Below, piece after piece: positions 15,701-28,440 of a stretch of 64,000 bases of DNA. The notes below the pieces were generated by a model that saw only the letters and a list, made by a program, of their open reading frames with translations, ran no database searches and was not told the origin of the DNA. The DNA comes from Microthyrium microscopicum (lineage: Eukaryota). The stretch covers positions 2,713,923 to 2,777,922 of the forward strand of contig MU004231.1 of NCBI GenBank assembly GCA_010405405.1, given 5' to 3'. The first letter of the stretch is position 1. Every line of letters begins with the position of its first letter. The position numbers were made by a program, and so were the translations under genes.

Positions 15701-16249
15701 GTAATAAAGATAAATTAAGTAATTAACTAGGAATCTATATAAGGTTAAGTATAAGGTTTCTTATTATATCTATTTTAAAATAAAGAAAAAGAGCTTAGAG
15801 TAGAAGCAACTAAAGCCTTACGCTTTTGTTTATTAATACAAGTTTTCTTTAAGAAAGATTTAATCTAAGTAACCTTAAAAGTAATCTTTCTTAGCCTATA
15901 AGGATTATTATAGGCAACTCTAACAAAATTATATATATTTAAACTTATTAAAATAGTTTAATTATCCTATACTTAACCTATACTATAAATTATATCTAGA
16001 CTTTTAGATAGATCTAACTTTAGGCTTATTATACCTTTAAAGTATCTTATACTAATCTTAACTACGCGTTTATAAATATCTATATTTATCTTAGATAAGT
16101 TAAAGAGGCTTAGTTTATATATATCTTTTAGGTCTAATATAACCTATTTTTATAAAGAGTCCTTAATAAATATTAGTATAATTATATTAAAGTCTTTGCT
16201 ATTCTAAGTATTAGTTTCCTAAAAGGCGAATAAGGACTATTAGGTTTTA

Positions 16250-18180
16250 TAGTATTTCTTTAAAGTAAGCTTTTTCTTTTTTAGTTATATACGTATAAGA
16301 GAGTCTAATAAAGCTAAAGAAAGTGGCTAGGTAAATCTAGATAGTATATAGCTATTACTAGAGATATATACGTAAGATTAGGAAGGGTCTAGTAAAGCTA
16401 AAGAAGATAACTAGATAAATCTAGGTAGTATATAGCTATTATTAGAGATATATATATAAGATTAGCTATATTATAGCGTATTACTATAATAACCTCTTAA
16501 GGTACCTTAGAAGAAGTTATTATTACCTTTATTAGCATAGCTTAACACTATATTCCTACTAGTATTAAATTGCTATAGAGTTTAATATAGGCTATAGCTA
16601 TTAAGACCTAGCTAAGGCGAAATTATACCTCTAAATCTAAACATTATAAAGTTATACTAAGTTAGGTTACGCTATATAGATAATAGAAGTTATATTCCGT
16701 AATAGCTAGGCTACTACTATAGTTAATAATAAATATTACTATTCTAAAAGCCTAGTAGTAGCATTATATAGCCTTAATATCTATATTAATTAAATAAAAA
16801 ATAAGACGTAGCTAAACTTAGACTATTACTCTACAGTTATAGTACGTTTAGTAATACGCCATTAATAGAGTTTAGATAGTAAATATAATTTCCTTACGAT
16901 CTATTTATAGTCCTATAAGGCTAGTTAGGAAGCTAAGAATAGTACAGCTAATATTCTTTAAAAGTAGAATTACTATGTATGTCTTTATTATTAAACATTA
17001 TAAACGCTTAGATTATTTATAAAATAATTAGAATTATATTTAGCTTTAAAGTAAAACGATCATATAGATTATAGGGCTATTTTTACTACTTACGTCATTC
17101 TTAACAAGCTTATTTATTATTAATAAGATATTGCGTACATAGAAGTATAATCTAGTCTAGGGCTTTATAAGAGGGGATATTAAATACTAATAAGATAATA
17201 ACTTAGGAGAATTATAAATTACGTTTAATAACTTTAATATGTCTAAGATTATAGCTAATAGTATTAGTAGGCTATCTAATCGCGCTAAATTAGTTAAGAA
17301 TATCCTTTTTTATAACGAAGATAACATTAAGGACTATTTTATTAGTATAATAGCCTAATTCTATATAAAAATCCACCTTAGTTACGTTATTCTTAGCTCT
17401 AACTATCTACTTAGCCTACTTACGATCTCCTTAATTATACTTAGAGTTTACTCTATAAATTGTCTTTACTATATTATCTATAAAGTTTAGTATAGATTTA
17501 TTAATAAAGTTAATAACGCTAAAAAAAGAAGATTTATTAAATATAGTAAATTAGTAGTAAATTAGAAGTAAAGAGTATTTAATAAGGATATATTAAAGCT
17601 AATAAGTCAAGTTAGCCAAAATATTTATTTAGTACCTTTAAGTAGTATTATATTATACCTTTAAAGTTAGCTATTATAAAATATTATACCTATAAACTAT
17701 TACTAGCTAAAAGTAAGGTTTATACTAAAGGAGAGCTAGTTTTAGAGGTCTATATATAAAATACTAAAACTTCTTAAAGTAAAGATACTAAAGAAATAGC
17801 TTATCTAATATTATAATTAATTTATAAGGAGGAATTATGCCTAGAGGCTTTATTAAAGGAATAGTTAAGCGTACAAAAGCCTTAAGCTATAGAATTAAGG
17901 ATACTAATTCGTATCTCTAACTTAAAGGAAAGGATTTAATATCTATAGAACTAAACTAAAGTGATTATTAAGTATATAAAATACTAATAGCTAAAGAATA
18001 AACGAATTAAAAGAACTTATTTAATTTAGTAATTATAGAGAAGTAGTAAAGTAGAGATATAGTAGTAAAAAAGGAAATATTAAAGGCCTAGAGAAAGGAT
18101 ATTTTAAAGTAGTAAAGTAAAGCTTAGCTAATATAAGCTTAAACTTAAAAGGAAGTCTTAGCTTATATAAAATTAGCTAA
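16250..18180 (+). pseudogene. RIP-degenerate orphan ORF, divergent from the SNF2 gene
   Basis: Long protein-like frame (e.g. TFNNFNMSKIIANSISRLSNRAKLVKNILFYNEDNIKDYF from 17,221) with RIP-type stops and an 84-bp duplication at ~16,300-16,465. No family recognised. Confidence 0.4.
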
Positions 18181-18299
18181 GTTCCTAACTTAGTAGTTAT
18201 AATATAAGATTTAGTAATAATTATAATAGAATAAGAAACTATAATTAACGCTTATATCTATACTTAATATTTAAGAGAGAAGGAGTAGTCTTTCTTAAC

Positions 18300-19480
18300 C
18301 TTAAGAGCTATATAGTTATTACGTATAGGCTTTAGTAAGGTTTCTACCTATTCAACTAGAAGATTCTATACTAAAAGAAAGAATATTTCTATCTTTTTAC
18401 TACTAAATCTCTCTTACTACTATTCTCTTACTACTATTCTATAATTACTAGATTAAATAAGTTCTTCTAAATCTATCTTATACTTAGTTATTATATATAG
18501 AATAGCGTAGCTTTATAATAACTCTATTAGTAAATAAACTTTTAGTTATATCTTTAATAAAGAAAGTAATTTTTTACTTTATTTTTATAACCTCTCTCTT
18601 ATTACTACCTCTTTCTCTTACTACCTTTTATAATCGTAAGAATTAAATAAGTCCTTTTAAATAATTTTTTAAGTTTATCCTTTTATAGATAGTATAGCTT
18701 AGTAACCTAAAGTTTAGGCTAAATAGCTAACTTTTAGTAATTACGTCTTTAGGCTTTAATATAACAAGTAAGTTATTATTTTTATTATTATTATTTATCT
18801 TCTCTTCTTAATACTTCTTTTTTTTTAAAGAAAATACTACCTAAATTCTTTATATCTTCTATCTCTTCCTTAGCTCTTACTCTACTTATTATAAGCATAG
18901 CTACTTATAATGCTTTATATACTTAGCGATTAATATATAATTATAATAGCTAAATCTATAGCTAAGATATAGGTAAAGATAAAATTCCTACTAAGATCTT
19001 TAGCTATCTAGCTATTATAATCCTAAAATTTCTTCTTAATTAGTATAAAACTTGTGCTCTTTATAAAGATAGTAAGCTAAATAATTCTAAGGCTATTAAA
19101 ATATAAGTTTAAAGAAATTTATTCCCTTATCCTTAACTAATTACTCATATAGACTAGATTCTATAGTTATCTTTACCTATCTAGCTAAAGAGGATCCTTT
19201 ACCTATATTCCTAGACTTAAGTAAATAAAATCCTAAAATTAAGAATAAAGGCAAAGCAAAAGTCTAGAATAGTCTAGAAGCCTCTAAATATACCTTTATA
19301 TTAACGCCTTAAATAGATCCTAAGAATCCTTAATATATTATCTATGATCTTATAGTAAATCTATCTAATAGTAAGCCTTTAATCTAGTAGATCTATAACT
19401 TATAAGTATATTTAAGTAAGCCTTATTTAGAAGATATACTAAAGAAAAGTCTAAAGGTAGCTCTTAGTAGAAATAATCTA
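18300..19480 (-). pseudogene. RIP-degenerate orphan ORF, possible zinc finger
   Basis: Protein-like minus frame. YLYLSYRFSYYNYILIAKYIKHY (~18,975-18,905) can de-RIP to CPYPSCGFSH...IAKH..HC. Ambiguous because TAT can derive from Tyr, Cys, His or Arg codons. Confidence 0.3.
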
Positions 19481-21287
19481 GTTAATAAAGTAAATTAATA
19501 CTTAAGTAATAGCATTAATAATAAAGTTAATTAAGATAGCACTACTAGTAAGCCTAAATATATATATAGATTAAAAAAGAAGTATTAATAAACTATAGTT
19601 TCTAATATTAAAGCGTAATTCTCTATAATAAAGAATAATAAATAGGTTACCTAGTTTATATTAACTTTAACTATCTACCTATATCTTAAAGATAAGAAAA
19701 ATACTTTTAAAGTTAATAAGAACGAAAATAATATATAGAAAAATATTATAATTCTAATAGTTAAAACTATCTACTTCTTACTAAATAATCTAATTATAGA
19801 GAAGAAAAAAATAGACTAAATAGTTACTAAGTTTTCTATAGTTATCTTAGAAAAGCAACTTATCTAATTAGCTTATAAGATTAATTAAGACATTAAATAC
19901 TATAGAAGTATACTAGCTATAAGCTATATAACTATATTTATTATTAAGATATACCCTAATCTATTAAATAACCTTTTTTAAGTCTACTCTACTATAACTA
20001 GTAATTTAATAGTTAGTAGTAAGGATACTAAATTTAACCTACTTCTCTACTATCTCTAATATACTATTTAGAATTAATACCTTATAGTCTTCTAGTTCTT
20101 TAGGATTAATGCTAGCCTAGCTATACTTATAGAAAAGAATCTTCCTTAGCTAATTTCTTAAGATATATAAACTAATTTAGATATTATTCTTACTAACATT
20201 AATTATCTATTTATAAATAGTGTCTTTAGCCTATAGAAGAGTTATATCGCTCTCCTAAATAATTATAATAATTTTATAAAAGTAAAGAATAACGGAATTA
20301 TAAGTTTATTACGTATAGTCTATCCTTTAGTCCTATATCTATTTATAGCTTAAAGTATAAATCTAATAGAATAGCTTTATTAGGCGTATAAGTAAAATAA
20401 GGCTCTTTATAATACTATATTACGCGCTACTAAAATACTAGAAAGCAAAGACTATAAATTCTTAGTAAGCCTTAATTTCTATATTATAGTAAATAGACGC
20501 GAATATCCTTATTTTTAAGAAAGTAACGTCTATATAATCTAACTTAAGCTAGAAACTAGACTTAAAAGCTCTTAATTTACTACTAAAATTATTAACTAGG
20601 ACTATAATATTTAAGCTACCTATAACGTATTTATAATTATATACTATCCTTTTATTATACCTAATAATAAATATACTAATAATACTTAATTCTCTTTATT
20701 TTAAATCCCTAAAGAAGTTATTATTCTTCTAGACTATAGCTAATTAATTAAGAATCTACGCGAGGCCTTCTTTAAACTAAAAGGGCTAAAGGTTAAAGTA
20801 TATATATATAATTTAGATAAGCCTATTATATATTAAATAAATAATCTTAACTAGGCGTAGTTAAGATAAAAAGAATATAACCTAAATCGCTACTTTACTA
20901 TAGTACTTAGCTCGTACTTAGACTTCTTAGAATATTAGCTTTTATTAAAGAAGATTTTTACTATTTATATCTTACCCTCACTTCTTAGAAAGATAAAGTT
21001 TAACGTTATATTAAAGCGTACTAAAGAAGTATTAATAAACGCTAACGCGCTAAAAAAGTTAACTATAAAGGTTAATAAAATATAAGAGGATGCTCCATTA
21101 AGCGGCTCGTTCTTTAGTAATATTAAGAACGACGCGTTAAAATCTTTAACTAGTTAGACTAAAGAAACTTTAAAGAAAATAAGTGATAGTTTTACTTTAT
21201 AAAAGCTAATTAATAAGTTACTTAATCTAGATTTATTTAACTATATAACTAAATCTTAGTTTAAATAAGAATTTAAAGCTAATAATA

Positions 21288-21683
21288 ATAGTATTTCTTA
21301 TCCTTCTTCCCTCTCTATCTAAGATAACGTTAATATAGAATCCTTAGATACTACTATAGTGGCGCTTCTCTATTCTACTAACAATAGTACCTCTTAGCCT
21401 TCTCACCCTTCTATCTAAGATGACGTTAATATAGAATTCCTAGATACTACTATAGTAGCGCCTTTTTATCTTAATGATAATAGTACCTCTTATCCTCCCT
21501 CCTTCTCCATCTAAGATAATATTGATATAGAATCCCTAGATACTACTATAGCAGCGCCTTTTTATTCTACTAATAATAGCACTTCTTATTCTCCCTCCTT
21601 CTCTATCTAAGATAACGTTAATATAGAATCCCTAGATACTACTATAGCGGCGCCCCTCTATTCTATTAATAATAGCACCTCTC
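21288..21683 (+). repeat. 4 x 96-bp (32-aa) tandem repeat within the SF1 helicase ORF
   Basis: Anchor tagaat at 21336, 21432, 21528, 21624. De-RIP unit ~DSTSHPPSFSIQDDVDMESPDTTMAAPLHSTD. Confidence 0.92.
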
Positions 21684-21736
21684 CCTTTATAGAGTCTTAA
21701 GCTTAGGATTAATAGACCAAGCTAGAAGTTACTAAA

Positions 21737-22035
21737 GCTAATAGTGAATAAGGTTAGTAATTAAAAGCAGCTAATAACGAATAGAGTTAGCAATTAAAAA
21801 CAGCTAATAACGAATAGGGTTAGCAATCGAATATAGCTAATAACGCTAATAATAATAATAATAATAATAATAATACCTATAAAGATATACTTAAAAATAT
21901 TTCTAATTCTAATAAATAGTTAGACAATAAGATCACGCCTATAAAAAACACTAATAATATTAATAATAGTAATACTAATAATAATAATAATAATAATAAT
22001 ACTACTAATATTAATAATACTAATATTAATAATAA
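21737..22035 (+). repeat. 3 x 33-bp repeat followed by (AAT)n tracts
   Basis: gcta anchors at 21737, 21770, 21803, 21836. In-frame AAT runs at ~21,845-21,875 and ~21,955-22,035. Confidence 0.85.
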
Positions 22036-24779
22036 TTAGTACTAATTGCTAAGTACTTTCGTAGGACTAGGCATAGCTATTTCTATATAATTACTAAAGA
22101 CTAACTTTAGAATTACCTTAGAAGAGATTTAAAATCTTATAAAAAAGGTAGAATAGATTAGTATTATAAAGGCTCTTTATAAAGATTAAAAAGAGTTTAT
22201 TAATATTATTTTCTTAAAAGGCGGTAAGGGTAGACTTAATATCTGCTATACTAGGCTAAAATATAGTAAGACTAAAACTACGAAAGCTATAATAGTAATA
22301 TTAATCGTCTTTATAATATTCTATTTTAATTTTAAAATAAAGATTTTAGCTATATATACTACAAACGTATAATTAAACAACCTTATTACTAAGTATATAA
22401 ATATCTATATAGAAGTTAATTCTATAAATCTTTTACGATTTTTTACTATTTAAGAATACTTAATTAAGATAAAGAAATCTATTACCTTAAGGAAATTAAA
22501 AGAGGTATAAATCTAAGTCTACTAAAATTAAGGTCCTAGTACGTAATAGTAGAATATAAATAATATAGATAATTATAGTACTAATATTTTAGATACTAAA
22601 ATAGTATTACTTACTAAATAGCATAGTACTTACTATTTATAATAACTCTACGTAAATACTAAATATTAAGACTTTAAAGGTATCTATAACCATCGTATTA
22701 AATATCTTAAATACTTATTTAGGGAATTTATAGATTAAGCTAGTAAGATAATTAGCGTAATTAACTTAATAATAGGAAAGCAAGAATATAATATAGATAT
22801 AGCTACTAAAGAGTCGCTTAATTATACCTTTAACCTTTAAATTCTTAATAAAAAGTATTATAGTAAAGAAAAGCTCTTAAAGTTAGAAAGCGCTAATTAT
22901 AGTAAACTACTACTAAATATAAAGCAATATTATTTATAATTAATAATTACTTTTCTTAGTTTTATAAACTATAACGCCTTATAAGAGCTTTTCTAAGTAA
23001 ATTTTATAAGTATTAACTTATAAATTTGTAATAAAGTAGTAGTATTATATAAATCATAGATAATAGCTATTATATCTCTATATAAACCTTAAACAATTAT
23101 ATAGACTAGAGATTTATTCTAGCCTAGATTTATTTATAATCTTAAACATAAAAAAGCTACGTTTTATAATAGTTTTTAAGCACTATTAATATGCAACACT
23201 ATAGCGAACAACTTTAGCTAAACTATACTAAAATAAGTATTTAGATTTAATTCATCGTACTATAATCTTCTTAATAACATAGGCTATAAAATTCTTAAAT
23301 ATACTAATAACGATAACCCTAAATTTAACTAACTATAATATATTATAAACTAACTTTTTCTATTCTTAGAACGCAGAAAAGACACGCTACTTATAATATT
23401 TATAAATATTAAAAATAGTAAAGTTAAAAAGGACGTTATTAGTTTAAGTTCTAATACTTATAACGCCTATATTATAGCCTTTATATAGATTAAACTTCTA
23501 CTATAAATATAATTAAAAGGCGTTAATACTATAGTTATTATTCCTTACCTTACGTAAACTAGCCTCTATATTGAAACTAAAGGTTAGCTACTTAAATAGG
23601 TTACTATGTATATTTAGGATAATTATACATATACCTAGTAAGACTATTAAGATATACCTTTATAATTTAGCTAGGTTCTAATAACTACCTATAATAATAG
23701 CTCTAGTACTAAGCGTAATTAGAATCTTATTAATCTTATTTAAAAAGATTATATTAGTTTCCTTATAGAAAACTTATAAATAAATGCTATAGCATCTTAG
23801 GGCCACTTATCTTTATTCTTTAGTAACTTAAAGCTTTATAGTACTATAATAGCCCTTAGTGCTAAGAGATAGAAAGAGTTTAAACAATCTATACTTAGTA
23901 GATTATTAAAGTATTTTATTAATAATAGCTATATATAGTATATACTATTCGTTAACAATTATTCTCGTTAAAATCTAGAGAAACTTAATATTTCTAACTT
24001 TAATAGGATAGTTTCTTATCGTAAGAAAGAGCTAAATATATATAAAGAGATTAAAACTATTATACTTAAAGAACTAGAGGTAATTAGAGATCTTATAAAA
24101 CTAACCTTACTTTATAGTTTTAAACCTAAGGGTAAAGAATTTAAAGCTAATAAAGCTAATAAAGAAGGTAAAGTTAGTAAAGATTAGTAATAAAGAATGG
24201 TAATAAGAAAAAGGATAGCAAGAAGGTTTAAGTTTAAAATAAGGTTTATTTAGCTAATTAATTAACTAACTTAGATAGTATAATAGTTAGTACTAAATAG
24301 AAAAAGGGTTTAGAATAAAGGAGTTATATAAGTAGGAAAATTTAATAAAAAAGGATATATAAGGAGGTTAGACTAAAAAGGTAGATAGAATAGCACTATT
24401 ACTAGAAAAGTTAACTTATTAAGCTAGTAATTAATAATATAAAGTTACGCAATGCGTCTCTAACGTAATATTATAACTTATTAGTTATATAAGATTAGTT
24501 AGTATCCCTACTTAGTCTTAGTATTAGCTATCTAAAATATCTAGAAATATCTAGCACGTCTAGAAATATCTAGTAAGTAAAGGTATATTATATATATAAC
24601 AAAATATTATTAGGTAATATTCCTAGAAGTTAACTCTATTACTTAAGCCTTAAAATACTAAGTAAAATTAAACGCTAATTATTGCTAGTATAAATTTAAT
24701 ACTAGATTTACTACTTATATATTAAGGATGTACTTATATCTTTAAAAGTTAATAAGAACGAAATAGGTATAGAAGTTAA

Positions 24780-27700
24780 TATACTAGCGTAATCTTTTTA
24801 GTATTATATATAATAATAGAGAAAGGTAATTAGATATAAATATATCTAACTTATACGTTTTAGTTTCCTAATATATATTTAACCTAAATAAGTTATATTA
24901 CTATTCTTATAGACTAATCTTCTTAAACGTAGGTATATTAAGTTTTCTAAACGATATATAATTCCTCTTTACTACAAACCTTTATAATTATCTCTAAAGG
25001 CCTTTTAATTAAGTATAAAGGTTAATACTAGTAATAGAAACTCTAGTAAGAGAACCCTTTATAAATAGTCCCTCTATTAGTATAAGATTTACCGCTTATC
25101 TTAATTATAACTATGCTACGTCTAAAACGCCTATAATAAAAAATAAGATAATTGCGCCTTTTGCTATATCCTTATCTTTAACTACCCTTAAAGCTATAGA
25201 AAGAGTTACTACTCTAATATAGTACAAACCTAGTTCGTAAGACAAGATAGATAAGGCTAATAAGTCTTAAAAGTCTAAGAGTAGTATATAATATATAGTT
25301 AATAAAGTTATTATATACTTATAATAAAATCTAGGATATTTAGTAAATATACCTATACTAGCCTATAAAACTAATAAAAGCTACGACTAAATTAATAAGC
25401 GTAAGTTACTACTCTAAGATACTATTAAGATAGAGTACTAATATTATCGTTTAGAAAGAGAAAAGCTTTATAAAGAAGTAAAGCTATAGAGTTAACTAGA
25501 GAAAGAACTAAAGTTTACTAGTTAAGTAGTTTCTAACAGTGCGTTAAAGAATAAAATAAATAAGTTATTCTAAGGAATAGCCTTTAGAAGTAAAATATAT
25601 AACTTACTTAATTAGAAGGCAAAAGATTATAAATTACTAATAGAAAATATTAATAACCTTAAAGGCTTTATACCTAGCTAGTAGGAAGTAATACTTAAGG
25701 GGCTACTATATAATAAAATAAAAAGTATTAAAAATCTTTTAGGTAATAAAGTTAAAGTATACTTTTAAAGTATCTTAAAGGTTATTAAATTCTTTATTTC
25801 TTATAGGCCTTTTACTAAAGACCTCTACTTTAAGCCTATAATATAAAAAGATAAAAATAGCAAGTATATCTATACTAATACTTAATTAGTAGAAAAGTAG
25901 TAAGAATTATAAAATAAGATTAATTTAGGTATTATGCTTATCTCTATTTACTAAGAATTAGATAAGACTATAATATCTAAATAACGTAGTAATAACTATA
26001 TATAAGCTTACTATATAACTATTTTTAATTTATTAGAAAGTATTAGAAAAGCTATAAGAAGACTAGAATTTCTCCCTATTATAATACTCTCTAGACTAAA
26101 AGGTATAGACATTAATAGTAAACTTAAAATATTTTATAACGCTATAGATATTATATTTAAAGGTTTAATACTACGCATTTAAGTATTATAGAGCTATTTA
26201 CTAATAAAATATAGAACTTAGAATAGTCCCTAAGAGTAGTTACGTTATAGCGACTACTAATAACTAATTTTAAAAGTATCTTTTAATTCTTACTTATATA
26301 AGCATAAATTATAAAGAGCTTATTATAATTATAAGTATCTAGTCTAAATATTACTATCTTATTTACTTAGTACTATAACTATATTAGTAAAACCTTATTA
26401 GTAAATAGGCTTATTAGACTTATATAACTTTATAAGAAAATATATTAAAGTAAAAAATACTTTACTACGCTAATTAAAAAAGAGAGTATACTAAGTAGCT
26501 TACTACTACTAATAATACTAAAGGTAAAGACTATATCTATAAAATTTATAATTTTACTTAGAATTATTCTTTATTAAATATTTATATAGTAATCGCTTTT
26601 AATCTACTATATATATTCTTTTTAAATAGACTNNNNNNNNNNNNNNNNNNNNNNNNNNNNNNNNNNNNNNNNNNNNNNNNNNNNNNNNNNNNNNNNNNNN
26701 NNNNNNNNNNNNNNNNNNNNNNNNNNNNNNNNNNNNNNNNNNNNNNNNNNNNNNNNNNNNNNNNNNNNNNNNNNNNNNNNNNNNNNNNNNNNNNNNNNNN
26801 NNNNNNNNNNNNNNNNNNNNNNNNNNNNNNNNNNNNNNNNNNNNNNNNNNNNACTTTCTAGCTATAAGTTATATAATAAGAATATACTTAAATATATATA
26901 AGTCTATTTATAAATTATAGAATATACTAAAATAGTAATATATAAGCATAAGACTTCTTAAGCTAGGTTTAAAAGGCTTAATTTCCCTAAGTTCTATAAC
27001 TTAATCTATCTTATACTATCTATTTATATATTTAGCACTATAGATAAAACTAGTTCTAGTATTATAGAAAAGTTATATTAAGAGTATACTATACTAGTAA
27101 TAAAATAAACTAACTTTTAATCTAGTTAGTACGTTTAGATAATCTATTATCTTACTAATCACATTAAGAATATAATCTAGAATAATAATAATAACTATAA
27201 CTATTAAGTCTATAATATTACTAAAAAGAAGATTACGTCTAAAAGAACTCGTCCTATAATTATTCTATTAAGTACGCCTAAATATAGTTTATAACTCTAA
27301 TTATATTATATAGACAAGCTACGTAATAAGGGTATTTATAAATCTAGTATATTTCTTACTAAAGACGTTAGTAAATAAGCTAAGCTTAATAACCTTAAGG
27401 GTTATTTATATAGCTAGTTAATTAATCGCTATAAAGAAGACTTTAAGAAGCGCTAATCTTTTCTAAAGCTAATACTATTATATATATAAAATAAAGAAAT
27501 ATACTTAGATAAAGATCTTATTAACAATGAACTAGACTTTATATACTCTAGTAAAGTATTATATCTTAACGCTTTCTAGCTAAGTTACCTTATTATAATA
27601 CTATATAGCAACATAATCTATATAATAGATAATAATAAGAATAATATACAACCTTTTATAGCTTACTATAAATAGGAATAATAGAAAGGTAAGAATAATA

Positions 27701-28440
27701 GTTAATAATATAGCAAAGTCTTAACTAAGAACTACTAGCGACGCGACTTTATATAGGCTTAGGCCTATCCTATATCTAAGAAAGAGCTTAACGATAATTT
27801 TAGTCTTTTAAGTTAACTTCTTATATAATTACTTATTATTTATATAGTATATAATATAAATTAAATAATAAGAGATTTTAAATTATAGCATAGATACATT
27901 AGATTTTTTATAGCTTTAGTTTAGAAGTATATACTAATCTTAGAAAAAGCTATAGAACTTATATTTAATAGGCTATTAGGTCTTATATTATTTAAGCTAA
28001 CTATAAAATTAAAAGTATATAAACTAAATAAACTATTAACTATTATATATATAGTTCCTTATAGGGACTTAAAGTATCTTAATTACTATTAGTTAAATCT
28101 ATACCCTAATTATAATAATTATACTAGAATATATAACCTAGTTACTTTTAATAAATAAGGAATTAAGGTAGCTAAGACTAAAATTATAGCAAGACGTAAA
28201 GCTTTAGAGAGAAAGAATAAAAAGCTCTATAAAGCTTAGATTAAAGTTTATCTTAAGAAGCTTATTAATAAAGTAAAGAGAATAAAACGTAATAATAAAA
28301 AAGAAGTAGAAAACAAAGAGAATAAACTAAATAGTAATAAAGAGAGTAAGTAGAAGACTAATAAAGATAGCAAAGAAGAGACTAATAATAATAGCAAAGA
28401 AGATAGTAGTAATAATAGTAAAGATATATAGTAAAATAGA
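24780..28440 (+). pseudogene. RIP-degenerate Plavaka-type (CACTA-related) DDE transposase
   Basis: De-RIP of ~25,790-26,090 gives FISHRPF.KDL.FEP...DENG.RIYTDTWSAEKWWELQ.KIDPG.MLIPIYWxSDKT.MS..RG...MWA.YMTIFNLPESVRK, matching the Plavaka WW..Q / SDKT / YxTIxN signature. Then PILA...DYEE...GI....CPIC.VP (~26,280-26,375) and AFDPLH (~26,595). After the gap, LNFPKFHNLIH...FG.....EKLH (~26,975-27,080). Acidic C-terminal tail. Probable introns near 24,830 and 26,165. Confidence 0.88.
26633..26852. other. Assembly gap (220 N) inside the transposase; further 10-N gaps at 35,060-35,069 and 40,809-40,818
   Basis: Runs of n in the sequence. Confidence 1.

Larger units (their letters stand above)
19950..24190 (+). 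pseudogene. RIP-degenerate Upf1/DNA2/NAM7-like SF1 helicase (AAA_11/AAA_12)
   Basis: All motifs lie in one plus frame. TRLKYSKT (22,250-22,273) gives AGPGCGKT (Walker A). ICNKVVV (23,024) gives ICDEAA (Walker B). TRDLF*P (23,105) gives TGDxxQP. VIIPYLT* (23,534) gives VITPYLAQ. TTYNNSSSTKRN (23,684) resembles TxDxxxGxExD. *INAIAS*G (23,777) resembles RxNxAxSRG. Confidence 0.85.

Noticed and set aside
23191..23210. MQHR-like helicase motif IV
   Set aside because: It is out of frame with the other helicase motifs.
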